Assembly: GCA_963604715.1 (NCBI GenBank)
Contig: CAVCSV010000010.1
Location: forward strand, 1 to 56,684
Origin: Limosilactobacillus gorillae
GTDB taxonomy: Bacteria > Pseudomonadota > Alphaproteobacteria > CAAGCB01 > CAG-977
Direction of reading: 5' to 3'
DNA: 56,684 nt
Part shown: in pieces, positions 9,489 to 17,202 of the stretch
Layout of the letters: each line of letters begins with the position of its first letter
Numbering within the stretch: position 1 is the stretch's first letter
Translations under genes and position numbers: made by a program
Notes under the pieces: model-generated
What the model saw: only the letters and a program-made list of their open reading frames with translations
Told to the model about the DNA's origin: nothing
Database searches by the model: none

Positions 9489-10435
9489 CAGAAGTTGTCA
9501 AAAATGGATTTGGTTTTCTTTTTCGACGGCAATTTTACTTTGGGCACCGTGATTTTGGACGCGCGTTCCTGAATTTGCTGCTGTTCCGCCTGCCATTCCC
9601 ACGGTTTTTGGAATCGTCCCTCCCACAAGCCGGATTTGCTTTGCCGCGCTTTTTGTTCATACGGAACGTAAATCGGCGTAATGTCGGGCAAAGCGATTGC
9701 CCAGCCCGCTTCGACCATTACCGCGCCGATGTCGAACGACGAAACGGAACATGCCGCCATTAAATCGCCCTGTTTGTTTTGTTGCATGATTTTGCAGGAT
9801 ACGGGGTCGGAACCGATGATTTCCTGCAATTTGCGGGCGGAAATATAACCGCAGTCGTATCCGCGTCCGTGCGCGTCCGTGCAGTTTTGCCCCAAAACGG
9901 GCGTGGCAATGCCGTACAATCGGACGGGCATGCCGTTGACGATGATTTTGTCCCCGCCCAGAATTTTTGAAACTCTGCCCTCCAGCACGGGAATTTGAGG
10001 CTGAGTCTGCACGGGGGGCTGTTGCGTCTGTTCCTGTCCCTGCGGCATTGCGGCGGAGGGCTGTTGTTCCGCCGCTGTCGGCTGCAGGGCGGGCTGAGCG
10101 GCGGCGGATTGAGGCTGAGCGGTCTGTTCCTGCGCCTTTTTACCCGTCAAAGCATCCATAACGTTATTGACGATGTCGCTGCCCGAAACCAGCAAAACCA
10201 TGCCGCCGACAAAAACGGTGACCAGTCCCAGCGTTGCGAAACATCCCAAAACTTTCCACAATTTGCGGGTCATCAAAAACAGCGCGACGATGCCCAGCGC
10301 AATCATCCCGCCGCCGATGACGAAATCGCCGGGGTTGGCGTTTTGAAGCTTCAGGCTGCCGATATAGGACCAAGCCATTGCCAGAAAGATAACTCCCATA
10401 CGGATAATGAAACGCATTGCCGATGTCCTTTGCAA
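9488..10435 (-). CDS. Membrane-anchored SNase (thermonuclease)-like domain protein, probably catalytically inactive
   Basis: The N-terminus has 3-4 hydrophobic segments, followed by a Q/P/A-rich linker. The C-terminal SNase-like fold reads VRLYGIATPVLGQNC...CGYISARKL...DIGAVMVEAGWAIA...GLWEG. Confidence 0.65.
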   Translation of the reverse strand: MQRTSAMRFIIRMGVIFLAMAWSYIGSLKLQNANPGDFVIGGGMIALGIVALFLMTRKLWKVLGCFATLGLVTVFVGGMVLLVSGSDIVNNVMDALTGKKAQEQTAQPQSAAAQPALQPTAAEQQPSAAMPQGQEQTQQPPVQTQPQIPVLEGRVSKILGGDKIIVNGMPVRLYGIATPVLGQNCTDAHGRGYDCGYISARKLQEIIGSDPVSCKIMQQNKQGDLMAACSVSSFDIGAVMVEAGWAIALPDITPIYVPYEQKARQSKSGLWEGRFQKPWEWQAEQQQIQERASKITVPKVKLPSKKKTKSIFDNF

Positions 10436-10459
10436 ACAGGCGTGAAAATTTTATGTATT

Positions 10460-10505
10460 AAAGAAAATGCCGCGGTCAAAGTCAATAACCGCGGCATAAT
10501 TTTTT
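10460..10505. terminator. Hairpin terminator downstream of the 10518-11228 CDS
   Basis: atgccgcgg (10467-10475) pairs with ccgcggcat (10489-10497), with T-rich runs on both strands. Confidence 0.6.
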
Positions 10506-10517
10506 TATGAAAAAGTT

Positions 10518-11228
10518 TTAACGCGTGTATTCGTCGCGCTTGCGAACCGTGCGCACCATATTGGTGCGTTTTGCCGATTGTTCGCGTTCGTGGCGCACCT
10601 GAGCCAAATCACGGCGCTTGACCTGCTTGCGGCTCAACCCGCGCAATTCGCGCAGGCGTTTGGCGGTCAGCTTTTTGCCCGTTTCCTTTTCGGCGATGCG
10701 GGCGCGTTCCTTGGTGCGGTTGCGTTCCAGCTTTTTGCGGTTGAAACGGTTTTTGCGTTCGCTGGGCAACAGGCTCATCCGCGCTCTGCGTTTGCGCTTG
10801 CGTTTGCCCTCCAATCCGCGGACGTCCCGTTTTTTGACATTCATGGGTTTGGCTTTGCCGACCATTTCGGGGGAATATTGCGCTTTCATCAATTCTTCGC
10901 GGGACAAAGCGCCGTCCATGCCCAATTTGTGTTCCTGACGCAACATGGCGTCGCGCACGCCCAACCCTTCGCGGATTTGGCGGGAATGCTCCGAACGCGT
11001 CCGTTCGCTTTGCGCTTCCCGTCCTTTTTCGGCGGCGTTGATTTTTTCGGCGTACAGCTTTTCCTCCGCCTGTTTGGCGGCTTTGGCGTTTCTATACAGG
11101 ATGTTGTCGTTCTGCACCGTGTTGGAATGCGCGTTTTTTTCGGCGTTCCGTTCCAGCTTGTTGCGTTGAGACCACACAAATTCGCTGTTTTCCGTCAAGC
11201 GTATACGTTTTTTGTTGTTTTCCTGCAT
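10518..11228 (-). CDS. Hyper-charged K/R/E-rich protein of unknown function
   Basis: The 236-aa ORF has no hydrophobic segment and contains GKRKRKRRAR and other basic clusters. The opposite-strand ORF (10578-11285) is F/A/G-rich, which is typical of antisense to a K/E/R-coding frame. Confidence 0.6.
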   Translation of the reverse strand: MQENNKKRIRLTENSEFVWSQRNKLERNAEKNAHSNTVQNDNILYRNAKAAKQAEEKLYAEKINAAEKGREAQSERTRSEHSRQIREGLGVRDAMLRQEHKLGMDGALSREELMKAQYSPEMVGKAKPMNVKKRDVRGLEGKRKRKRRARMSLLPSERKNRFNRKKLERNRTKERARIAEKETGKKLTAKRLRELRGLSRKQVKRRDLAQVRHEREQSAKRTNMVRTVRKRDEYTR

Positions 11229-11342
11229 TTCTTTTGTCCGTCAAAAGGGTTCTTGTTAAAATCAGTATACAGGAAACAAAAATAAAAGTGAAGATGTTTC
11301 GACAAAAAGTTTCGAAAAGAAAAATCGCTTAAAATCAAACGC

Positions 11343-13685
11343 TTACTTTACAGGTATGAGAATCTTGAGCCGCAGGGTGTTTTGTTTTTCAGAACATTCG
11401 GCGTTTCCGCCGTGCATTTCAATCAGGTTTTTGGCGAAAAGGGTTTCGAATCGCTTGCCGAAAGCGTCTTTGTCCGCGCCGTCTTTGGGGGTGTAGGCGA
11501 TTTCCACATCCAAAAATTTGCGCCTTTTTTCCGTTTTGACGGACAGCGCGACGGTGCTTTGCGGGGCGGTTTCGGTGACGGCAAAGCTTAAAAAGGCAAA
11601 CAAAGCCTGCTTCAAGCGGCGTTTGTCGGCAACGATTTGCACCCTGTCGGGCAACGGGTCAAGCTGCAGGGAAACATCGTTTTTGCGCGCCAGTTCGACG
11701 GTGGTTTTCATCAATCCGATTAAAACGGACGCAAAATCGACGCAGTCCAGTTCCAAAACGGCGGAACCGCTTTCAATCAGCGCCAAATCAACCGTTTGGT
11801 CCAGCAAAAACCGCGATTCGTCGGCGTCGGCGGCAAGGATTTCGCCGCGCAGTCGGTTCAAAAACGTTTCGCGCAGTCTGTCCGTTTGGGCGGCGGCTTG
11901 TTTGAAACGCGCCAGCATTTTGTCCTTTTCCGCGGCGGCCGCCGAAAATTTTTCTTCTTCGGACACATCGACGTAAGACACGAAAATCCCGCCGCCCGGA
12001 ACGCTGTACGCCGAAAATTCCAGCACTTTGCCGTCGGGGCGCAGAATTTGGAACACTTCGCCCGAATGGGTCGTGATGACGCCCGTCAGCTGTTCTTTCA
12101 GCGCGTCGCGGTTTTTGTCCGTTTCAAAAAAACTCATCTGTTTTTCAATGATTTCGGGGACGCTCAGCGCACCCGTTTCTTTCAAATTCCACAAAGCCCT
12201 GTAGGAGTCGTTCGCGGCTTTCAGCCGTCCGTCGCGCCCGAACAAAAGGACGGCTTCGCGCAAATGGTTGAACACCGTTTCCTGCGTTTCGTTCAAAACG
12301 GTAACCGACCGTTCCATGGTCAGATGTCCCGTTACATCCTCATAAGTAATCAGCAAGCCGCCCTGCGGGTGGGGAATGATGGTGCGGCACAGCGTTATGC
12401 CCGACGGCAAATGAATGTTTTCGACCGTTTCGGACACCAGCGACGAAAAATTTTTCAATTCCCGCGCTTTGTACGCCGCAAAATCGCGGTTTTCGGGCAG
12501 GCGGCGCTTGTTGCGCAGTTCGTCCAGAAAATGGGAATAGGTCGGCGACGAATCCAGCCATTCCTCTTCCAAATCCCACAAATTCAAAAAAGACGTGTTG
12601 TAAAACTGCAGGCGGGTGTCGGCGTCGAAAACGGCAATGGCGGTTTTCAAATGTTCCAAAACGCCGATGTGCGCCGCAATGTGGGCGTCCAGACTGTCCT
12701 GCAGTTCCTGTTCCGCCGTAACGTCGCGGACAAAGCCGACCGTTCCGCGGTTTTCCAAAGGAATTTCGGACGCTTCGACACGGCGGCGTTTGCCGTCCAT
12801 AACGACGTATTCGCGCACTTTGCGTTCTTTGCCCGCCGCGCGGGCGGATGCCGCCAAAACCCGCGCGTCACGCGGCGATTTTTCGTAAACCAGCTCGGTT
12901 CCCTGCGCGACGGCGTCCTGCGGGGAATCGGCGTGCAGAGCCGTGGCGTACGCTTGGTTGCACGCCGCGATTCGCAAATCGGCGTTTCTCAGCCACACGG
13001 GAAAGGGCAGGGCGTTCAGCGCTTCCTGCGACAATTTTTGCCGGCTGCGCAGGTTTTGTTCCTGCACGGACAGTTCCGCAATCCGTTTGCGGACGTCGGT
13101 GATGTCGCGCAGCCACAAAATATCCAGAATGCCCGTCTGTTTCGCGGTCAGACGGCGCTTTCCCTCCGCCAGAAACGCCCGCGTTCCGTCCGTCAGTTCC
13201 AGTGCGAAAGGCGTATTGTCCGACCGCATGACCGACAACGCGTTTGCCAAAGCGTCCGCGCTGTCGGGGGTCAGTTTTTCCAATACGGATTCGAACGAAG
13301 CCGCCGTCCCGTCCGTCAGATTCAGCAAAACCGCCAATCGGCGCGAACAGGACGTGCTTTTCAAAAAACCGACGGCGTTGTACGACCATAAATAAAAACC
13401 GTCGGACTGGGTTTCCAGCGCTTCGCGGGCGACAAAAGCGGCGCTTTGGTTTTCGGCGGCTTTTTTGCGCGCCGATCGGGCGACGGCGATTGCCCCGCAA
13501 ATCACGCCGATTGCCGCCAGACAAAGCAATGTCAGCGTTTTCGGATAGGAAAACGCGAACAGGAATATTTTTGCCAAAAACAAATCGGTCGCTTTCATAT
13601 TTTGAAAATAAACCGCTTGGGCGAAAACCGCAAAACAAAAATTCATCTTTTCGAACGAAGAAGAAAGGATTAAAATGCTTGCCAA
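11343..13685 (-). CDS. Multi-PAS sensor kinase-like protein with a degenerate DHp/CA core (DivL-like pseudokinase)
   Basis: The protein has an N-terminal TM segment and at least three PAS-like modules (ACNQAYATAL, FYNTSFLNLWDL, AANDSYRALWNL). The C-terminal HisKA/HATPase-like region reads ETFLNRLRGEIL where H-E-L-R-T-P-L is expected. It sits next to tsaE, where I recall divL in Agrobacterium. The start is ambiguous among 13685, 13646 and 13598. Confidence 0.7.
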   Translation of the reverse strand: MASILILSSSFEKMNFCFAVFAQAVYFQNMKATDLFLAKIFLFAFSYPKTLTLLCLAAIGVICGAIAVARSARKKAAENQSAAFVAREALETQSDGFYLWSYNAVGFLKSTSCSRRLAVLLNLTDGTAASFESVLEKLTPDSADALANALSVMRSDNTPFALELTDGTRAFLAEGKRRLTAKQTGILDILWLRDITDVRKRIAELSVQEQNLRSRQKLSQEALNALPFPVWLRNADLRIAACNQAYATALHADSPQDAVAQGTELVYEKSPRDARVLAASARAAGKERKVREYVVMDGKRRRVEASEIPLENRGTVGFVRDVTAEQELQDSLDAHIAAHIGVLEHLKTAIAVFDADTRLQFYNTSFLNLWDLEEEWLDSSPTYSHFLDELRNKRRLPENRDFAAYKARELKNFSSLVSETVENIHLPSGITLCRTIIPHPQGGLLITYEDVTGHLTMERSVTVLNETQETVFNHLREAVLLFGRDGRLKAANDSYRALWNLKETGALSVPEIIEKQMSFFETDKNRDALKEQLTGVITTHSGEVFQILRPDGKVLEFSAYSVPGGGIFVSYVDVSEEEKFSAAAAEKDKMLARFKQAAAQTDRLRETFLNRLRGEILAADADESRFLLDQTVDLALIESGSAVLELDCVDFASVLIGLMKTTVELARKNDVSLQLDPLPDRVQIVADKRRLKQALFAFLSFAVTETAPQSTVALSVKTEKRRKFLDVEIAYTPKDGADKDAFGKRFETLFAKNLIEMHGGNAECSEKQNTLRLKILIPVK

Positions 13686-13729
13686 AGCGAAAAAGGCTTC
13701 CTATATTAACGGTAGTGTAAAACTTTTAA

Positions 13730-14254
13730 TTGCAGTATAAGGAGCGGATAATGGCATTGTACAAAAGAACCCGCGGCGCTTCCCGCGGCAGAACGGCGGA
13801 CGGAGCCCCCAACCCGATTGACGTTCACGTCGGTGCGCGCGTCAAAATGCGTCGTACCCTGTTGGGGATGAGTCAGGAAAAACTGGGCGAAGCCATCGGG
13901 CTGACGTTCCAGCAGGTGCAGAAATACGAACGCGGACTGAACCGTATCGGCGCCAGCCGTCTGTTCGACATCAGCAAGGTGCTGGAAGTGCCCATCGGTT
14001 ATTTCTTTGACCAAATGGACGAACAGGTTGCGGAACGGTCGCCGCGCATGTTGGCGGGCAACACCGCTTTGGCGGAAGAATCGATTCCCTTCCCTTACGA
14101 TCCGATGAACAAGCGTGAAACGCTGGAATTGGTACGCGCTTATTATTCCATCACCGACCGCCGCGCCGCGCGCCGCGTGTTCGAATTGATGCGGTCTTTG
14201 GCGCATTTCGGTTCGGATGTCGAAGAGGAAGAAGTTTCTTACGACGAAGAATAA
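13730..14254 (+). CDS. XRE-family helix-turn-helix transcriptional regulator
   Basis: The HTH_3 signature is VGARVKMRRTLLGMSQEKLGEAIGLTFQQVQKYERGLNRIGASRL. The start could instead be the ATG at 13751 (MALYKR). Confidence 0.8.
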   Translation: MQYKERIMALYKRTRGASRGRTADGAPNPIDVHVGARVKMRRTLLGMSQEKLGEAIGLTFQQVQKYERGLNRIGASRLFDISKVLEVPIGYFFDQMDEQVAERSPRMLAGNTALAEESIPFPYDPMNKRETLELVRAYYSITDRRAARRVFELMRSLAHFGSDVEEEEVSYDEE

Positions 14255-14269
14255 AAATCGTTTCCAAAA

Positions 14270-14307
14270 CGTCCGCTTTGCTTTATAAACAAAGCGGGCG
14301 TTTTTTT
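14270..14307 (+). terminator. Intrinsic terminator after the HTH gene
   Basis: cgtccgctttg, loop ctttataaa, caaagcgggcg, followed by ttttttt. Confidence 0.75.
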
Positions 14308-14347
14308 GTGCCTGCTTCATACTTTTTTGGACATGAGGAGTACATTT

Positions 14348-15517
14348 ATGAGGAAAAACTATCTGTTTACCAGCGAATCCGTATCCGAGGGGCATCCCGA
14401 CAAGGTGTGCGACAGCATTTCGGACACGCTGCTTGATTTGTTTTTGACGCACGATCCGCAGGCGCGTTCCGCCGTCGAAACCATGGCGACCACCGACCGC
14501 GTCATCATTTGCGGCGAAGCCCGTTTGCCCGAAACCGTCGACAAACGCATGATGGAGGACGCCATTCGCAAATGCATCAAAGACATCGGCTACGAACAAA
14601 AAGGTTTCGACTGGCAAACCGTCGAAATTCAAAACTATCTGCACAAACAGTCGTCCGACATTGCGCGCGGCGTCGACGAATCCGAAAACAAGGAAGAGGG
14701 CGCGGGCGATCAAGGCATCATTTTCGGCTATGCGACCAACGAACTGGCGAATACCGAGTATTCCCCCGCGACTTTGTACTTGTCGCACGGCATTTTGAAA
14801 GAATTGGCGCGTCTGCGTCATTCGGGCGAAATCAAGTGGCTGCGCCCCGATGCGAAAAGCCAAGTCACTTTGAATTATGAAAACGGCATTCCCGTCGGCG
14901 TCGATTCGATTGTCGTTTCAACCCAGCACACCGAGGAAGTTCCTTACGATGAAATCCGCGAAACCGTGCGTTCCGTGGTTCACAAACTGCTGCCGAACGG
15001 CTGGACGGTCGACGATAAAAAATTCTACGTCAATCCGACGGGACGCTTTGTAACGGGCGGACCCGATGGCGATACGGGATTGACGGGGCGCAAAATCATC
15101 GTCGATTCCTACGGCGGCGCGGTGGCGCACGGCGGCGGCGCGTTTTCGGGCAAAGACCCGACAAAAGTCGACCGTTCGGCGGCGTATGCGACGCGTTATC
15201 TGGCGAAAAACGTCGTGGCGGCGGGATTGGCGGACAAGGCGATGATTCAGGTTGCTTACGCCATCGGTGTCGCAAAGCCGTTGGCGGTGTATTTGGAAAC
15301 CTACGGCACTTGCAAAGTGGACGAGGAAAAACTGGAAAAACTGTTACCCGAAGTCATGGATTTAAGCCCGCGCGGCATCCGCACGCACTTGAAGCTGAAC
15401 CGCCCGATTTACCTGCCGACGTCGCGCTACGGTCATTTCGGGCGCACGCCCGACGTCGAAGGGGCTTTCCCGTGGGAAAAGACCGATTTGGCAGATATTC
15501 TGCGCCGTGAATTTTAA
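14348..15517 (+). CDS. metK: S-adenosylmethionine synthetase
   Basis: Diagnostic motifs are [25 protein letters not shown] and [17 protein letters not shown] gaggag RBS lies upstream of the ATG at 14348. Confidence 0.95.
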   Translation: MRKNYLFTSESVSEGHPDKVCDSISDTLLDLFLTHDPQARSAVETMATTDRVIICGEARLPETVDKRMMEDAIRKCIKDIGYEQKGFDWQTVEIQNYLHKQSSDIARGVDESENKEEGAGDQGIIFGYATNELANTEYSPATLYLSHGILKELARLRHSGEIKWLRPDAKSQVTLNYENGIPVGVDSIVVSTQHTEEVPYDEIRETVRSVVHKLLPNGWTVDDKKFYVNPTGRFVTGGPDGDTGLTGRKIIVDSYGGAVAHGGGAFSGKDPTKVDRSAAYATRYLAKNVVAAGLADKAMIQVAYAIGVAKPLAVYLETYGTCKVDEEKLEKLLPEVMDLSPRGIRTHLKLNRPIYLPTSRYGHFGRTPDVEGAFPWEKTDLADILRREF

Positions 15518-15527
15518 GAGGTGACTT

Positions 15528-16268
15528 ATGACGGAAACAGGGTTCAAGGAACATCGTTTTTACGGCCGCCGCAAAGGCAAAAAATTAAAGGAATCCCGCG
15601 TTGTTCTGCTTGATTCTTTTTTGCCGAAGGTGCGTTTGCGCGCTTTTGCGGACGGCGAAAAAGCCGACCCGAAAACGCTGTTTCCGTTTCCCGTCGCCCA
15701 TGCTTGGCTGGAGGTCGGATTCGGCGGCGGCGAACATCTTGCCGAACAGTCGCGCCGTCATCCCGACACGGGCTTTATCGGCGCGGAAGTGTTTTTGAAC
15801 GGCATCACGTCTTTGCTGACGCATTTGACGGGAAAGGAACGCAGCGGCGACGTGGACGAAAACGTCGGACTGGCGGACGGGCGCGTTGATAACGTGCGTG
15901 TGTACGACGACGACGTGCGTGATTTGTTCGACCATTTCACGGACGGCGGTTTCCAGCGCATTTATGTTCTGTTCCCCGATCCGTGGCCGAAGCGCAAGCA
16001 TCGCGACCGCCGCTTCATCGGCCCCAAAAATCTGCCGATATTGGCGCGTTTGCTGGAAAAAGGCGGCGAATTGAGAATCGCCAGCGACGATATGACGTAC
16101 ATCCGCTGGGCTTTGCAGCATTTGATGGATTCGCCCGATTTCGAATGGACGGCTCAATGTGCCGACGATTGGCGCAAACCGCCCGCCGACTGGGTCAACA
16201 CGCGCTATGAATTAAAGGCGCTGGACAAGGGCAAAAAGCCCGTTTATCTGGTTTTCAGGAAAAAATAA
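15528..16268 (+). CDS. trmB: tRNA (guanine46-N7)-methyltransferase
   Basis: Motifs are LEVGFGGGEHL and VLFPDPWPKRKHRDRRF. Confidence 0.9.
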   Translation: MTETGFKEHRFYGRRKGKKLKESRVVLLDSFLPKVRLRAFADGEKADPKTLFPFPVAHAWLEVGFGGGEHLAEQSRRHPDTGFIGAEVFLNGITSLLTHLTGKERSGDVDENVGLADGRVDNVRVYDDDVRDLFDHFTDGGFQRIYVLFPDPWPKRKHRDRRFIGPKNLPILARLLEKGGELRIASDDMTYIRWALQHLMDSPDFEWTAQCADDWRKPPADWVNTRYELKALDKGKKPVYLVFRKK

Positions 16269-16270
16269 CC

Positions 16271-16573
16271 GTGCGGGTCAAGGTCAAATCGAACGCGCAT
16301 GAACGCGAATTCGTGATTGCGGGGGCTTTCACCGCCGCCGACGAAGACGCTTTTTTCGACGTGTTTTTGCAGGTGCGCCGCCAATCCGAACCGCAGATGA
16401 CGTTCAATCTGGCGCAATGCCCTTTTATGGACACGGCGGCGATGGGGATGCTGTTGCTGGCGTGTCAGGAAGCGGCGGGCAAAAATCTGGCGCGCGTGAT
16501 TCGCGGCGCGTCCGATTCGCTGACGGAGCAAATGAAAGCCTGCGGATTCGAAAAATTTTATTTTTTCCAATAA
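16271..16573 (+). CDS. STAS-domain protein (anti-sigma-factor-antagonist-like)
   Basis: The 100-aa ORF starts with GTG. The core NLAQCPFMDTAAMGMLL resembles the SpoIIAA/STAS D-S-S-G-L region, with Thr at the phospho-site position. Confidence 0.6.
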   Translation: MRVKVKSNAHEREFVIAGAFTAADEDAFFDVFLQVRRQSEPQMTFNLAQCPFMDTAAMGMLLLACQEAAGKNLARVIRGASDSLTEQMKACGFEKFYFFQ

Positions 16574-16640
16574 AAGGCTTGAAAACGGCGGGAAAGTCTG
16601 GTATCCGTATTGACAATACATTCTTGTAGTTTTTATGAGG

Positions 16641-16666
16641 GTGGGCTCAAAGAGCCCGCTTTTTTT
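16641..16666 (+). terminator. Intrinsic terminator
   Basis: gtgggctc aaa gagcccgc, followed by ttttttt. Confidence 0.7.
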
Positions 16667-16687
16667 GTACGAAAAGGGAAACAGCCG

Positions 16688-17179
16688 ATGGCTTTATACG
16701 AAACGTTGAACGATTTGATTACGCCCGTGTGCGACGAGCTGGGCTATGATGTCGTGCGTGTGCTGTTGTCGGGCGGCGAACGGCGCAAAAGCTTGCAAAT
16801 CATGATTGAACGCAAGGACAGGGCGCCTTTGACCGTTGACGACTGCGCGACCGTCAGCCGCGCGCTGTCCCCCGTGTTGGATGAAAAGGATCCGATTGAA
16901 AGCAATTACACTTTGGAAGTCAGCTCCCCCGGAATTGACAGACCTTTGGTGAAATTGGACGATTACAATCGGTTCAAAGGGTTCGAAGCCAAAGTCGAAT
17001 CGTCCGCGCCGATTGGCGGACGCAAGCGTTTTCAGGGAAAATTGCTGGGAACCGAGGGCGAAAACGTCCTGATTGAATTCGACGGCGCGCCCGTGTCGAT
17101 TCCGTTCGCCGATGTCGCCAAAGCGAAATTGGTGCTGACGGACGAATTGATTGCGGCAAGCGAAGCTTCGCAAGGCTAA
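16688..17179 (+). CDS. rimP: Ribosome maturation factor RimP
   Basis: The motif is YTLEVSSPGIDRPL. The gene lies immediately upstream of nusA, and the start was chosen at the ATG at 16688 (MALYETL). Confidence 0.9.
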   Translation: MALYETLNDLITPVCDELGYDVVRVLLSGGERRKSLQIMIERKDRAPLTVDDCATVSRALSPVLDEKDPIESNYTLEVSSPGIDRPLVKLDDYNRFKGFEAKVESSAPIGGRKRFQGKLLGTEGENVLIEFDGAPVSIPFADVAKAKLVLTDELIAASEASQG

Positions 17180-17202
17180 TGAGGATAACTGAGGAAAAAC
17201 CA

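Noticed and set aside
13686-13729. TTAA-containing sequences in the divL-like/HTH divergent promoter, considered as CtrA boxes
   Set aside because: Only half-sites are present (ttaacggtagtgtaa and ttaattgcagtataa). Neither matches the full TTAA-N7-TTAAC consensus.
14308-14347. A possible SAM riboswitch upstream of metK
   Set aside because: Only about 40 nt separate the upstream terminator from the metK start codon. That is too short for any SAM riboswitch class I know, and no pseudoknot-like complementarity is visible.
13706-14863. A 385-aa minus-strand ORF overlapping the HTH regulator and the metK 5' end
   Set aside because: It is antisense to two well-supported genes and crosses an intergenic terminator. 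It has no motifs.
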